Shown: positions 23,270 to 50,246, numbered from the stretch's first letter. The stretch: DNA of 64,000 bases from Zygnema circumcarinatum SAG 698-1b (GCA_037447605.1 CM074805.1:4869361-4933360); one strand, 5' to 3'. The notes: a model not told the origin generated them from the sequence alone. Numbers and translations are program-made.

Positions 23270-25456
23270 AGAAGGTAGTCACACTAGCCACTTCAGTGTT
23301 TAGTATCGTTATCATTCTTTAAGTATTAATAACATTTTTTACATCTTTTGCATTTGCTTAATGTCATCTTCACTGCCAACAGCTTTGTATATCTACATCA
23401 TAAACTCATGGTTTGTGTTTTTGCTAAGGCAAATGGGGAGGAAAATGCCTCCCCTTTTAACCCTTCTTTACTTTCTGCCCCTTTTTACCTTTTACCTCAT
23501 CCCTTCTACTCAGCGAGTGGACACAAGTCTGCATTGGGGGAAGGAAACACTCGTTCCTATCCTTCATGAACCCTGCACTATTTTGCCGGGCATTAAATGC
23601 TCTTCTCTTTCACGTTCCCTTCCTCCCTCTTCCCTCACCCTCATCGTTTTCCCTCTCCTCCCAGACCTTACAACCTCTCTCTCTTGAAAAACATCTCCGT
23701 CCCTCCCTCTCCCAATATCCCCCCTGTTACCTCCCTCCCACCCACGCCTCCCTTCTCCCTCCATCCCTCCCTTCCCTCCCCTCCTTCCCCTCCCTCCCCT
23801 CCTTCTCCTGCCTCCCCTCCCTCCCCTCCCTCCCCTGCCTCCCCTGCATCCCCTCCCTCCCCTCCCTCCCCTCCCTCCCCTCCCTCCCATGCCTCCACTG
23901 CCTCCTCTGCCTCCCCGGCCTCCCCTCCCNNNNNNNNNNGCCTCCCCTCCCTCCCCTGCCCCCCTGCCTCCCCTGCCTCCCCCCCTGCCTCCCCTCCCTG
24001 CCTCCCTTCCCTCCCCTCCCTCCCCTCCCTCCCCTGCCTCAAAAAGAAAAAAACTTTTTTTTCTTTTGAAATCTCAGAAGTCGCTTGTACGGACAATTAC
24101 ATTCCTAACCAAGGCAGATGCCAGAGTAACTGGTTGTCTTTACAAAAAAAGAGCTCCAAGAAGCACTCAGATATGCTAGCCAACCCAGGAGGCAAGATTG
24201 ATTGGGCCAACAAGCTTACTTACTTCTCGGGCTTCAAACTGTTTGCAGATTTTGGGTTGCCAGGCATGGTACATACCCGAAGCTCAGGCGGTTAGAGCGT
24301 CGGACTTATAACCTTGTCAAAAGCTGCCAAGGCTAGCATTCCTTGATTTTCCATGAAGCTAGACGCTGAAAAGTCTTTAATGGTCCTTCTAGCGCCTGCT
24401 CGTCCGTACGAGCGGACTGTCCGTTCTGCTCCGTTTTACGACGAACCGTTGCGTCACGTCACAAGTGCGCGCGCAACTTTTTAACTTCACAGCAGACCAA
24501 TAACGGCGTGAAGCGCGTCGTCGCAGCCAATCGTAACGCGCCGTGAGCCGCATTATGATTGGCTGCGACAGCGCGCGATCGCCCTCAGTCCGTCGCATAA
24601 AGAGTCGCCACGCGTCGCATGATCCCATTCGTCGCACGAGACCGGCCGTTGGCTTGCGACGGATGCTCGCATGCATGCCATGAGCTACCGTACGGTACGA
24701 ATCCAGCTAAGAGGTCCACAGCCAGCCATGCAAAGCTCGCCACCGACCTACGCTCTATCGGCCGTACAGTCTGCCGCCCAGGCAAGTCCTGCCCTCAGTT
24801 CGTCACGATCCACCACTGCCGGAAAACCGAACAGGTTGAGAACAAAAGAAATTTAAGATTTTAGCTTCTCAATAAAAAAATAGTTTCAAAGCCAGTTTCT
24901 CAAAAAAAAAAAACCTTTATTTGTGAACACGATTCAATAGGGGGAGTCGGACTTTGACCATTGCCATTTTGAGAAATTAGAAATGAAATTTTTATCCTCA
25001 GTACAATTGTTATGGAGAATCAATTGAACATTGAACATTTAATCAATTCGTTCGTGTAAAAATTTGAGTTTTCCTTGGGTCCACTGATCAACAATTAGAT
25101 TTTAGCGGACCGCAATTCGCGTGGACCTGGAGTTTCGTACAGAAATTGTTGATCGGATCGGGAAGAGTCGTACGGAAAAAAATGAGGACCGGGTTAATCG
25201 GATCCCTCGCACGGAACCAACGTGGCAAAAATTGGAATCCACACGTGCGACCGAACACATTGAGTCTTTGAACTTTTTTCTTACAATTTTTCCCTTTCTT
25301 AAAAAAAGAAAAAAAACAGGACAGCCAGCGGCTTCGAGAAGAGCGGAGGTTGTTTGGGGGGAGGGCTGCTGTGCGGTTGGGCAGCGCCATGGCGGAGGGA
25401 GGAGGTGAGCCCGCGCTCCTCTCTCTCCTCTCCTTGCTTCCTCTCCCTTCCTCCCT

Positions 25457-25514
<58 letters not shown>

Positions 25515-26329
25515 CTGCTCTTCATGCCCCTTCGCTTGGAGTCCTCTCCTCTCGCGAGCGCTATCCCTAGCGTACTCTCTCTCCTGCTCGCTTCGTTTGT
25601 GCATCCTTCGCTCTTCTTTCTTATTATTACTGTTTCAACGAAAGCTCCTGGCCCCATTTTCCCCTTTTCCCCTTTTCCACCCCTTGGCTTCCCTTCCCGT
25701 CCCGTCAGCCTTTACTCTCCCCCTCCTTCCCACTACTTCATTAATGCCAATACCTCTCGTCCCGCTTTCTTTGAGATGTCTTCACTCTTTTTTATCAATT
25801 TAACCTCCTTTTCAGCTAATGCCAGTCGCTCTTCAGAACCCATTTCTTTTTGGTCCCCAACTTGTTTTTTAGGGCATCAAACAAGTAATAAGACCCATCA
25901 AATGATCGTCCTCCTCTCCCTTTTTACAGATTCAGTGCAACCCATAAAGAATCACTTGAGTCCTTCTCCTAGAGAGGGACAGGGAAGGTTTATGGCGCCC
26001 AAACAGAAGCGGGGAACAGTGTTTCTGCCTGACGGAGTACCTTCCGTTAAGCGCATTGTCGTGGTGAACGGAACCAAGCAGCAATGGAAACCTTTCGCTC
26101 TTTTCGTGCCTTCATCACCACCTTCAAAGGTAAGCGCTTCTTTGCTGAACAGGTCTACATTGAACTTGGAGGTCCAACTAACCCGAAAAGCAGGTTCAGA
26201 GAGAGGGATTACAGCAGTTGAATGTTATGGGCGAGCTGATGCAAATATGAACGATGGAATGTTGAAAGGAAAGGGGGATGTGGTTGATCGAATGTATCGC
26301 CTGGAAGTATATCAATTTCGAAGCCTGCT

Positions 26330-27545
26330 ATGGAATCCGAACGTATGTTTAGTCAGCCATGGCGGTCGGCATTGTATGGGATGGAAAATCGAACACAACA
26401 GAATGGGAGCGGCGAAGGCAAGCATGGGTACCCACATGGACTCGGTGATTTCGTCTTTGTGAAGGTGGAGGAAGGGTATGGAAAAACAGCAGACAAGGAA
26501 AAGTGGACTTCAGCGCATTTAAAGGAAGAGAAGTCTGCCGCTCCGAGTCCGAGAGGAGTATCAGAGTTGGAAGGTTACAAGAAACCACCCGTCGAAGACC
26601 GACATGGAAACATTCTTCTTTCGGATGATGCTGCAGTGGAATGCGGCTTAAAGGGATGTGAAGCAACAGAGAGAGCCATGAAGCGCTATATTGAACTCCT
26701 CCCAGAAGCGACAAAACTGGAGCGGAAGCGGGTGGAAGAGGGCAAATGGCGAGCGGCTAAATCAGGAAATTTTAAAAGATTACGTGCGCGACCTGGCTTT
26801 AAAGCCCTGCAAATGATGAAGGAAGAGAAGACATGTGCCAATGTTGAGAAGCGGGTCGGAAGCATTCCGGGAATCGGAGTCGGAAGTATATTTATGAGCA
26901 AGTGTTTACTTGCAGCTGTTGGGCTTCACGGAGAACCGTGGAAGGGTATAGACTACAGTTATTTCATTAAGTATGGATGTAACCTGGCAGTGGCTGTAGT
27001 GAACACTGTCGATGAGTATTACGGTAAGCAGAATCTACTAATCTAATCTATCTTTTACTTTCTGAACCTTCATTCAAAATAAGTGAGGTTATCCGAAGAG
27101 TAAACCTTCCACCGCTTGCTGGCCATTTTCCGCCCTTTTCACAGGGTTCGTTTTACTGAATTCAACGCTAAGAAAGTTTGTGTTTGTATCTGCAGATCAG
27201 GACTTCGGCACAACCCTCGTGTACATGGGATCTGGAGGGATGAAAGGGGGTAAACTAGTGGAGTCCCAAAAACTGAGCCATGGAAATCTGGCTTTAGTAA
27301 ACAACTGTAAAAAGGGTGTTCCTGTGAGAGTTATTCGTGGAAGACGGGAGAAGAGTTCCGTCAAGTTTTCTTATGATGGTTTGTATATGGTAGAAGCATA
27401 TTTCACCGAAGAGATCGATGACTGCACAGTGTTCAAATTTCGACTTGAGATGGTGGAAGGTCAGGGGAAGGATCCAACACCTATTTCCCCTCCCCCGAGA
27501 AACCGACTGCTTCGTGAACTCTATAAATCCAGAATGGAGAAGTAA
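26330..27545 (+). CDS. SRA/YDG-domain protein, SUVH-like but without pre-SET/SET; exons 26330-27023 and 27196-27545; 5' end uncertain
   Basis: KRVGSIPGIGVGSIF...VGLH...GIDY, QDFG..LVYMGSGG, QKL..GNLAL......VPVRVIRG, SYDGLY.V..Y, VFKFRL. Phase-1 intron GTAAGC(27024)...TGCAG(27195). Stop at 27545 shortly after the SRA domain. An upstream exon at ~25992-26129 is possible. Confidence 0.8.
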
Positions 27546-28853
27546 GCTGCGTAGGGAAGAGCTTTTGCAGAAGGTGTTCCGCTGAGATAATGGGCTTTGG
27601 TAATAAGGAGGAGAGTTTCGATCGAATACTTGAGCAACAGTCGGAGAGAAGTCGATGCCAACTTTTTACGGCAGTGTCTAGTTCAAAATGAGGACATCAT
27701 TTTACTGATGTTCTATGTATTTTAGTGGATAGAATCTTGAAGTCGACCCAGAGAGCGATTTTGCACCAATGCAGAGTAATTAGTCAATTAAGAGTCAAAG
27801 TGATACGCATCTGCAGAGAGTTTGAAGGTCATCTTCTTGTTGGTTTTCAATGGTAAATAATATGATGTGTTGATGGGCTGGAGAACAGAGGATTTGCTTA
27901 TTTGCTTGATGTGAGATTCCAACATTTTGAACACATTGATGCAAGTAAGAGATTCCCAATGTCTCCCATGCATGTGTCTCTTTTGTTCTCTCCACTTTCT
28001 TGCTTTGCTTTCTCAAAAATGATATCCCTTCCTCTCTCAATCTCTCTCGCTCACTCGCCTTCGTTTTCAACTGTCTCGCTCTCTTTTCGAACTTGCTTCA
28101 CATACCACTAAGGTACAGGAGTGCTCCTTAACTCCTCCCTCCCTCTGGCTCTTCCCAGTACAATCCCTTCACCCTGCCTCATTCTCTCCTCTCAGTTCTC
28201 TCTATTCCCTCCGATTCCCTTTCCGTCGTTCCCAAAATTCATTCCTGCACCTTCCCTCACTTGCTCTTACACACTGCCCATGTCCCGTTCTTGCTTCCCT
28301 CCCACTCTCCCTCCCCTCCTTCCTCCCTCTCCCCCTCCTGCCGCATCCTCTGTCCCTTACCTCTCCCTCTCTCCGTCTCCCTCTCCCTCTCCCTCTCCTA
28401 TCGCAGCCCCCACCGCCTCCCCTCCCTCGCTCTGTCGGTGCGGCCATCGCGTGCCCATCCGCCCGCCACGTGGCGCCCTCCCATTGGTCTGCCTGCTCCT
28501 TTCGGGCCCTCCCGCGGTCATGACTCGTGTCGGTGGCGTCGCTTTCGAGGCCCCTCCGCGGCCGCCACGTCAGCACCGACCGCTTCGAACTCGCGCGCGT
28601 CCCCGTCGGTGCGTTCGACCGCCGGCGCTCAAAAGCGTCAGCGCAGCTCGACAGTCTGGAAGGGAGAGAGAGAGAGAGAGCGAGAGAGAGAGGGAGAGAG
28701 AGGTGGAGAGAGAGGGTGACAGAGAGAGGGACAGGGGGGGGAGGGAACGTACGACAGGGGGAGGCGGGAGGAAGGAGTCAAAGGCTGCAGCTGGGCCGCG
28801 GGGGCGGGCATGCTGGGGAAGAAGTGGTGAGTCGGAGTGGGCTCCGCTAGAAT

Positions 28854-42324
<13,471 letters not shown>

Positions 42325-43214
42325 TCAGTTTCTTCAAGGAAGGCAATATCGTGGGTATTTTGGACCGGCAGCGAAAGCTAGGAGGGATTTTATGGAATAT
42401 TTTGGGATTCTTAGAGAGAGGGAAGGAGGGAGAGATAGCATAGAGATCATGGAAATCGGTGTAAAAGACTGTAATGTGTAAAGAAAAAGGATGGGAAAAA
42501 CGGGTGTTGTGGAAGGCAATTTGGATTCTTTGTACGATAAAAGAAGGTTTCCACCTGTTGCACGCAGTAGTGCTTGTGAAACCATGCATTGGCTGTTGGG
42601 TATGAAACCCGAAATTTTACATTCTTAATTGATGATTTCATGCCTTTTATTTGTCCTTTCTAGCCGATCCTACTCTTATATTCATGGTTATTTTGTACGT
42701 TCCGAAGGGAATTCGCATTATTGATATTGATCTCATGATGGCGAGGCCATCAAATGTACAAGGACAAAATCAACAAGAGGAACCACGAGGGATTGGTCGT
42801 CAAAGGATCTAAGCACAAAAGAAAAAACCGTTCAGAAAAATTACATACGCGCATCTCTCTCCAGCCACAAAACCACATTGTTCAATACCTCAATCCTACC
42901 GATGGGCGATAGAGAGGGCCTAGAAGCGAACATGTCTCTCGATAAAAGTCAGGACTGGGGACACACCATCGAAGGTACCACTTCGATAGCATGGACCAAT
43001 GGAAACTTGACAACGTGTGCATAAATCTGACGTGGAGCGGTTCGATTGGTGGACGCTATATGAACTGAACTGATCATTCCATGGAATCAAGTAACGCGCT
43101 AACTAGATTTTCGCGAAGCGTTGAACAGGGAAACGGCGGCACCCCTTCCCTCTTATGAGCAGCAGCCAACCATTGGTCCCATCGCCCGCTGGTTTCCTTC
43201 TGACTCACGCAGCC

Positions 43215-44934
43215 ATGGCGGCCTGGCGGAGCCCCTCCTTCCGCTCCGCCGCCATGACGGCTTGCAGACATATCTCCCTTTTATCTCCCTACCCCTCCTT
43301 GTACTCTTCTTCCAAAACCTTACAAGCCCTAGATGCCTTGCATGCTTTACCCGCCTCACAAACCCTACTTTCTGGCTCAGGCGGAAGCGCCGTACATCCC
43401 TGGCGAGCGAATCCCCAGCGATGCTTCTCCAGCTCGCCGTCTTCTCCTCCGGAGGAATGGTGTGAGGAGAACGGCGCGGCAGCCTTGGCCATGGCTCCGC
43501 CATGGCTGCCCTTCATTCCGGGGGGGTCATACTGGGTGCCTCCTAGCGCTGAGAGGGCCACGTGGCACGTAACTACGGACGCGGAAGTCATGGCCATGGT
43601 GGCGCCGATGGGGTGGCCGGCGCCGAGCTGGGAAGAGGAAGGTAAGAGGAAATTTGGGGTCTTGGAGCCTTATTTTTAGGGTTTTTATAGCCGTCGTCTC
43701 AGAGGAATGTAGGGATTCTCCACCCCGCTTCCCCCGTCCCCCCCTTCATGGATTGGGAGTGCATGTGGTTCCTCTCTCACTCCCGCTTCCATCCTCACTT
43801 AGAAGGGGCCCAGAAATTCAGGAATAACTCAAGCAACTCAGCAGCATTTTTTCAGCTTCGTTTTGGGGGGAGGATTTCTTTTCCTTATACAGTCACGTGC
43901 CCTCCGAGTAGTGACGATATGGAGGAGATCAAGGAGGACTCCCCAAGGTGNNNNNNNNNNGGACTCCCCAAGGTGCCCCCCCCCCCCCCCTCCCTCTCCT
44001 AACATCCCCAATTAACAAGCAACTGAACCGAAAGCTGGAAGCCCTAAATTCCCATTCATAGTTACCGTTAGAGTTACCTTTTACCGTTATTGCAGAACTC
44101 TGAAACTTATTGAAACCCTAATCAATGACTAACCTAACCGATCTGAACCCAATTATGGAACCCCAATATCCAAACCAATAGCAGTTCTACGCAGCTTGGA
44201 GGGGAGAAAAGGAGGAGGCAACTCTGAGCTGGAGGAAGAAACTCTGATTTGCTTACAATATAAATCCTTTAAGGACGGAAACTGCCTGAGCTGAATTCTT
44301 TCCACAATGATGAGAGCAATCCGACTCGAGTTTCATTTTCTTTCCTACTCTGATTCTGGACTTCTCTTTTGTTTCCTCCCATTTGGTTTTTTGCCGGAAG
44401 CAGGCCATGCCCCATGCAGGCCAACAAGCGGACTTTCCAACCGAGTGTGATCCGACGGAAGCGCAAACATGGGTTCTTTGCAAGGTCCTTCTCCACCCTT
44501 CCTACTCTCTCTCTCCCTCTCCCTCTCTCTCTCACCCTCCCTCGATTCCCCTATGCTTACTAATTCTTCCGCCCTTCTCTTTTTTGCACCCTCACACTTT
44601 AGTAGTCCCTAGTATCCCCTTGCATTGTTCCCTAGTTTCATGCTGCCCGTATCCACTTTTTAGATTCCTTTGTATTGAATTAAGTCGACAATTAGACCAA
44701 AACAAACAGCAAATAAGAACTAGTAAGGAGTATATCGATGCCGTGCTGGTCTCCTTAAGTGCAACTGTTCTTATTTTCCCCTTTCCTTCGTTTTGCAAAG
44801 AGAAGTCGACAAGTCTCATCAGGGCCCTTGTTAAAAAATCGGATTTTCTTGTCCTTTGCAGGAAGGAGTCTGTGGGAGGACGCAAAGTGTTGGCCAGACG
44901 ATTGGCGAAGGGAAGGAAGAGGCTGAGCGCTTGA
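43215..44934 (+). CDS. MRPL34: Nuclear-encoded organellar (mitochondrial-type) ribosomal protein bL34 with a long N-terminal extension; exons 43215-43641, ~43893-43947, 44404-44484, 44861-44934
   Basis: Spliced C-terminus KRTFQPSVIRRKRKHGFFAR|KESVGGRKVLARRLAKGRKRLSA* is the bL34 signature. The N-terminus is Ser/Arg/Ala-rich and presequence-like. Confidence 0.88.
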
Positions 44935-46014
44935 GGGTGCCTGCCTTTTATTTCTTTCCGTGGCAGCTTGTGAAGTTCGGCCCAGTTTGAATTTAAGTGT
45001 GAGATACTCATTGACGGCTCCGATTTAGGTCACTCAGTGTAGCATGTTGTACATATGCAAACTTGAAGGGTATTGGAACTTCCCAGATGAGGCGCTTCAT
45101 TTGTAGGTTGAATTGTCCTTCAGCATGAAAATGAATTGCTTATCCTAGTGGCTAGAAACTAGGGCGTCTCATGGCATGCTCGGGTATGGTCGGATGGATG
45201 TTGGGTGCCTTTTTGTGGCGGTTGTTTCTTTGCTGTTTTTGCTATGGGTGGTTTGCAAGCGTTGAACTGTAGCAGGAGAATGAAGAATTGAGTCACGGAA
45301 TGTATGCACAGTCGGCTGGTGGCTGGTGTGGCTCACAAGTATCGCGCCCACATGCACCCATGCCCCCATGGCCATGGCCATGCCCACATGCCCCCCATGG
45401 CCGGCATGTACCAATTGCCAGCCGATGATGGTACACGAGGAGGAGATAGGCCCATGGCTACACTTCATGCAGCCAGACAAACAGCCACATTTTGCCCCCG
45501 ACTAAACCAAAACTGACTATTTTTTAACCAGGCCAAATCGGACAGAGTAGTTAGCCATTCATGTCCTGTAACGGTGACCGTGCGTTTCCATTAACAAAAT
45601 TCTGTTACAAATCATGTCGACATGGAAAGACCCACAAGAATTGCACTTTATGCCACGTGTCAGCTTATAAATGGCCATCAGCCAGTGGATTAATCCTATC
45701 CAACTTGGTGACATCATCATGCATACGTCATGCACAGTGACAGTGACAGTCGAGTCACGTCTCGTCTCGTCACGCTTTGTTTTACGGCTGTGCCGGTTAA
45801 CCCTAATGGCGCCCTCCCTCTACCTCTCTCTCTGTCCCTCCTCCGGGCCGCTCGCTACTCTCCTCTCTGGAGGAGGTCTTAAAGGGCCTCCTCATCCTGC
45901 ATTCTTCGTGTGTTTTTTCTCACACGGGAAGAATATGAATTGCAGCATGTTATCCGTTCTGCATGAGAGCATATAATCCTAAAGGCTGCATTCTCCGCCT
46001 GCTTTCCCGTCAGA

Positions 46015-49000
46015 ATGTTCCTGTGGGTGCTTTTCCTCGCCTCTCTCCTCTTCCTCGTCCTCTTTCTCGCAGCCATAGCTCTCTTGAGATCTCTCTCGTC
46101 TCCCTCTCCCTTTGGTTGCGAGGGACATATGGTTGATACCCTGTGGAAGGGAGAAGCTGCTTCTTCACACAAATGCTGCTTCCACGACAGGATTCATGGC
46201 GTCAACGGAGGAGAGAGCCGCTTCTGGGCGCCTCTCATGGCGTGGGGGAAGTCCTCCTCTTTCGCTCTCACGTCTTACGGTCGTATTCATGGAGGCCTTA
46301 TCACTCGAAGATCCTCCAAAGTTAAGGTTTCCTCATCTCCCATCTCCTCGCTAGCCCCCCCTCGCCCCGCGTCATCCTCCTTCGCGCACTCTCCCTCCTC
46401 CCCTTCCTCTTCTCCCGGTTCCCCCATTCCTCCCCTCTCTCCGACCTCCTCCAGCTGCGAAGCTGCCGCAATGCTCGCGGCGGCCATGGCTTCCGCTTGT
46501 TCGAGCTCTGAAAGCTCCACCTCCTCCTCCATGGCCACCATTACCGCGACAATTACTGCGACAGCCATGGCGTACTCTCGCAATTTGGGAGAAGGAGGAG
46601 GAGGAGAGCCTTCCATAGAGGAGAGCAATCTCCGCACTGGTACAGCGGCGTTACCAGGTGGCAGATCAGGAATGCAGCGGAGACTCGTACTTGAGATCCG
46701 CATGTCGCCTTCCTTGACTCCTGACGAGCAGGGGGGAACGCTACCCAGAGCGACAGGTGTCCGGCTGAAGCTGGAGGCCAATGGGAGCCTCGACAGCTTG
46801 CCATCTGTCGCAGCAGCCATGGAGGAATACAACCGTGAAGGGGAGTCTGGGAAAGGTGTGGAAGGAGGAGAGGAAGTGAAGGAAACTATGGCTGGTTTGG
46901 GAGCACGCTCGTGCAACATAGGGAGAGATGCGTTTGTAGGGCTGGAAGGTCCAGGCATTACGGAGTGGGGCTCAGAGGAATTAGGGTTTGCGTCGGGGGC
47001 GGGGAAGAAGGTGGGGGGAGTGGAAGACGGAATGGGAGGAGGTGGGGGGAAGGGAGATGGAGGAGAGGATAGGGTAGGATCGTTGAGTGAGCCGTCCTTG
47101 TTTGTCGAGCCCTCCTATGACAACGCAGGGAGCAGTTCCGTTGCAGTTGCGAATGCAAATTCGACCGCAAATCTTTGTAACTTAGGCTTACGAAATGGCG
47201 GACAGTTGAATGCTTCTTCCCTACGATTTAAATCTTTGGGGGGGCTTCCCGTAGCTGCAGGCTGCCAGGCAACAGCAGAAGGATTGCCCAGAGGAGTTGC
47301 AAGCAGCAGCAAAAGCCGAACTGGGAGAGAGGGCGCAGGGTTCATTCCATGTGTGAAGGGGAAAGGAAAGGGAGGGGAGGGTGCTTCTCCGGGGGGAAGG
47401 GCGGCACATGTCGCAAATTCATTGCGTACAACTGTAACGGCAACACAGGGAGCAGCGATGATTTCAAAAGGGGCAGCCGTTGAGGGGCTCGGGAGTCTTC
47501 GAATTAGCACACTGGAAACCTGCGGGAGAGGGAAGTCTTCAAAAGAGTGTGGGAGAATTGTGGCAGCGGAAATAGCTTCTGCATTGGCCGTTTTGGAAAT
47601 TGATGCCATAGGAGAACAGAATTCTATTTCCTTCGGCATGCCTGTGGGCGGGGTGGTGACACCTGGCAGTCAGAGCAAGGTAGAGAAGCAGGGCGGGGAT
47701 AAAGGCGAAAATGGGGAGGGGGCAAATGGGGTACTGCAGCAAGAGGAGGAGATGGGAGAGGGAGGGAGTGGGTCGGAGCACGGAGTCGAAGATGCAGAGG
47801 AGAAGGGAGATGGAAAGGGAGAGAGAGGGTTGGGGAGTGAGGGGATGGGAGGCGAGGAGGAAGAGAGTGAAGAGAAACGAAGGGCGAAGAAGAAGCGGAA
47901 GAATAAAATTCGACGGCAGAAGAAGGCGGCGGCTGCCGTGGCTGCGGCCGCGTCATCTTCTTCGCCATCATTGGTGGAAAACACACTCTCAGAGAGGCAG
48001 GAGAGGCTGACGGAAGGAGGAGGGAAGGTGGGCGAGGATGAGAGGGGAGTGAAGCAGCAGCCATGGTCGGCGCAGGGCGTGTCCAGGGAGGTTGAACTGG
48101 GCTGTACCTGTAAGGCTGTTAGAAGCTCGTTTCATGCTGTTACTTGTCCGTTTCCGTTTACGTCTTCGGGAAGTATGATTCAACGGAAGATCAAGGAGCA
48201 GTACGACGAACTCGTGCGTGCGAACGCCGCAAAGACGCTCACATTGGCACAGGTGTGATAGCAAAAGTGACCGCACCCTGACTGCACGGCACCCTGGCAT
48301 GAGGTCGTAGGGCTTCTCTTGCTCGTCATGTATTCGGAATTCTGTAGACTCCATTGAAGATCTGTTCCGTAGATTGTCAAGAAGCTTCAATACGCAAGGT
48401 TCAACGTTTTTTGTCAAGGTTGCATGTTTTTTTTTTTTGACGCAGCCGTTCACATGACTGTTCAGTACTGTTGGGAATGCAGGTGGGACGGTTTACCACA
48501 TGTCTCGTGGAGGCCAAGGCCTGTCTGCAGCACAAGTGAGTTTTTTTGCCTCTAGTCACCAACCTGATTTTCCATGTGGGGTCGATTCTTGTGGGGGATT
48601 GTCACGTACGCTGTACTTTTCCATGTTGCTTCCATTTGTATGCACTACTGTTGCCGTCAAAGTGACGGATGGCGGCTTGTGATTCGCTTGCACAGATCCG
48701 AGACCCTCCAAAGGCGGTTCACCATAGCGAAGTCGCTACTGGCAAAAGCGGAAAAGTCATCCTTTGACCGACTCTGTAGTCAGGTGAGCAGCTGCCTGCT
48801 GTCAGGTCTACTGCGGTAACGTTTGGCAAAGGCGGGGAAATCCGTTTTCTTTATGTGATGAGGATGATATTGCTTGGAAGAGAGAGAGGGAGGGGGGTTG
48901 GGGAGGGGGGGAAGAGGGTGGGGGTTGGGGTGGGGGAAGCGAGTGAGGTGGCAACAGAGAGAAAGGTCGGGGGGAAAGAGAGAGAGGACGGAAGAGAGAG

Positions 49001-50246
49001 AGGTGGGGGAAGAAAGTGAGAGAGTGGGGGGAAAAATCGTATTTATGTTTTCTACTTTTGAAAACTTTCGCTTTTTCCATCGTCGTTTTCTATGGGGCAG
49101 ATTTATGGCCTAGAACTGGAGCAGAAAAAACTGGAAGAAGACACTGTGGTGTATAACCGGCTTCAGGATCAACTGAAGCAGTCTCCAGCCTATCAGAAGG
49201 TCAGAAAATTAAGGAATTCTTTCTCTTGTTTGTGCTATGCAAGTGTTTCTATCCTCAGATTAATTTTTCTTTGGAGATTGGGAAGAGTTTCGTATTGGCT
49301 GTACAGAGAGAGAATGAACTAAAGGGCGGATGGAGATGTGGAGAAGGGAAGGGGAGGGAGAGAAGGCGAATGGAGAGAGAGGGTGTAGGCTGAACAGGCA
49401 GAGATGGGGAAGGAGGCAGAGAAGGGCGGAGGAAGGAGAGGAAAAGAGGACAGAGAGAAGACAGCGGGAGGAAGGGATGGGAGAGGAAAGAGAGAGAGAG
49501 TGTGTGTACATGGGGAGAGGGGTGAAGGTAAGAAGGGAGAGGGAACATGGGAGGTGGTGGTGGATATAGGCCATGCAACATACTAAAAATAAACCTAAGA
49601 CCGAAAACCTGACGGGAAACCCTGAAAAGCAACCAAGAACCAGAAAGAAAGGGTCTCCCTTAAACCCCTTCTAATAAATTTGTTTTCTTGTGAATGTTGT
49701 CTGCCCCCAGATGTTGGAATATGGACGAGCGCATTTTGAACTGCAGCCCAAATCTGGGCAACTTATTGAGAAAATAGAGGAGGAAGAAATTTCCTTCGAG
49801 GAACTTTTGGCGCAAGAGAAGAAAGACACCTTCTGGTGTGTCCTCAGGAAGAACCCACAGAGAATAATCCTTAAAGCTCTCTCCCCTCCCTTCCCCTCCC
49901 CTCTACCCTCCCTTCGCTCCCTCTCTTATCTCCCCTATTTTCCCTCCTCTCCCTCCCCCATTCTTCCCCGCTTCCCCCCTGCCGCCTCTCCCCTTCCCCC
50001 TTCTCCCTCCCTCCTGCCCCACTCCCCCTTCCTCTCTCGTCCCTCCTCCCTCCCTCCTGCCTCCTCTCTTCATCCCTCCGTTACGTCGGACTCTATGTGG
50101 CATGCTAGAAGCCTATTAAGTATGACCATATTCTGATTATATAGTATCAGATGAACGCCCTTTTGGTTATTCACTGTCTCCTGTGCTGAAATTTGCGCTG
50201 CAGGCAAAAGCACGGAGTAGGGCGCTCTTCAGTTCAAGTCAACTGA
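46015..50246 (+). CDS. Conserved plant-type uncharacterised coiled-coil protein with an N-terminal hydrophobic segment and a long low-complexity linker; exons 46015-48252, 48483-48535, 48696-48783, 49101-49199, 49711-49835, 50204-50246
   Basis: Spliced C-terminus IQRKIKEQYDELV..LTLAQVGRF..CLVEAK..LQHKSE..QRRF.I.K.LL.KA..SSFDRL..QIY.LELEQKKLEED..VYN.LQ.QLK.SPAY.KMLE...ISFEELLAQEKKDTFWQK resembles a conserved green-plant protein of unknown function, from memory. All junctions are in frame. Confidence 0.75.

Noticed and set aside
23564-24069. Pro-rich 'extensin-like' ORFs
   Set aside because: This is CCCT/CCT low-complexity DNA spanning a scaffold gap.
43936-43975. 15-bp direct repeat GGACTCCCCAAGGTG flanking the gap, resembling a TSD
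   Set aside because: It is best explained as an unmerged contig overlap on either side of the N run.
45304-45516. His/Pro/Met-rich 70-aa ORF (HPCPHGHGHAHMPP) suggesting a metal-binding peptide
   Set aside because: It has a GTA/ATG-ambiguous context, derives from a CATG/CCATGG-rich low-complexity patch, and has no supporting gene structure.
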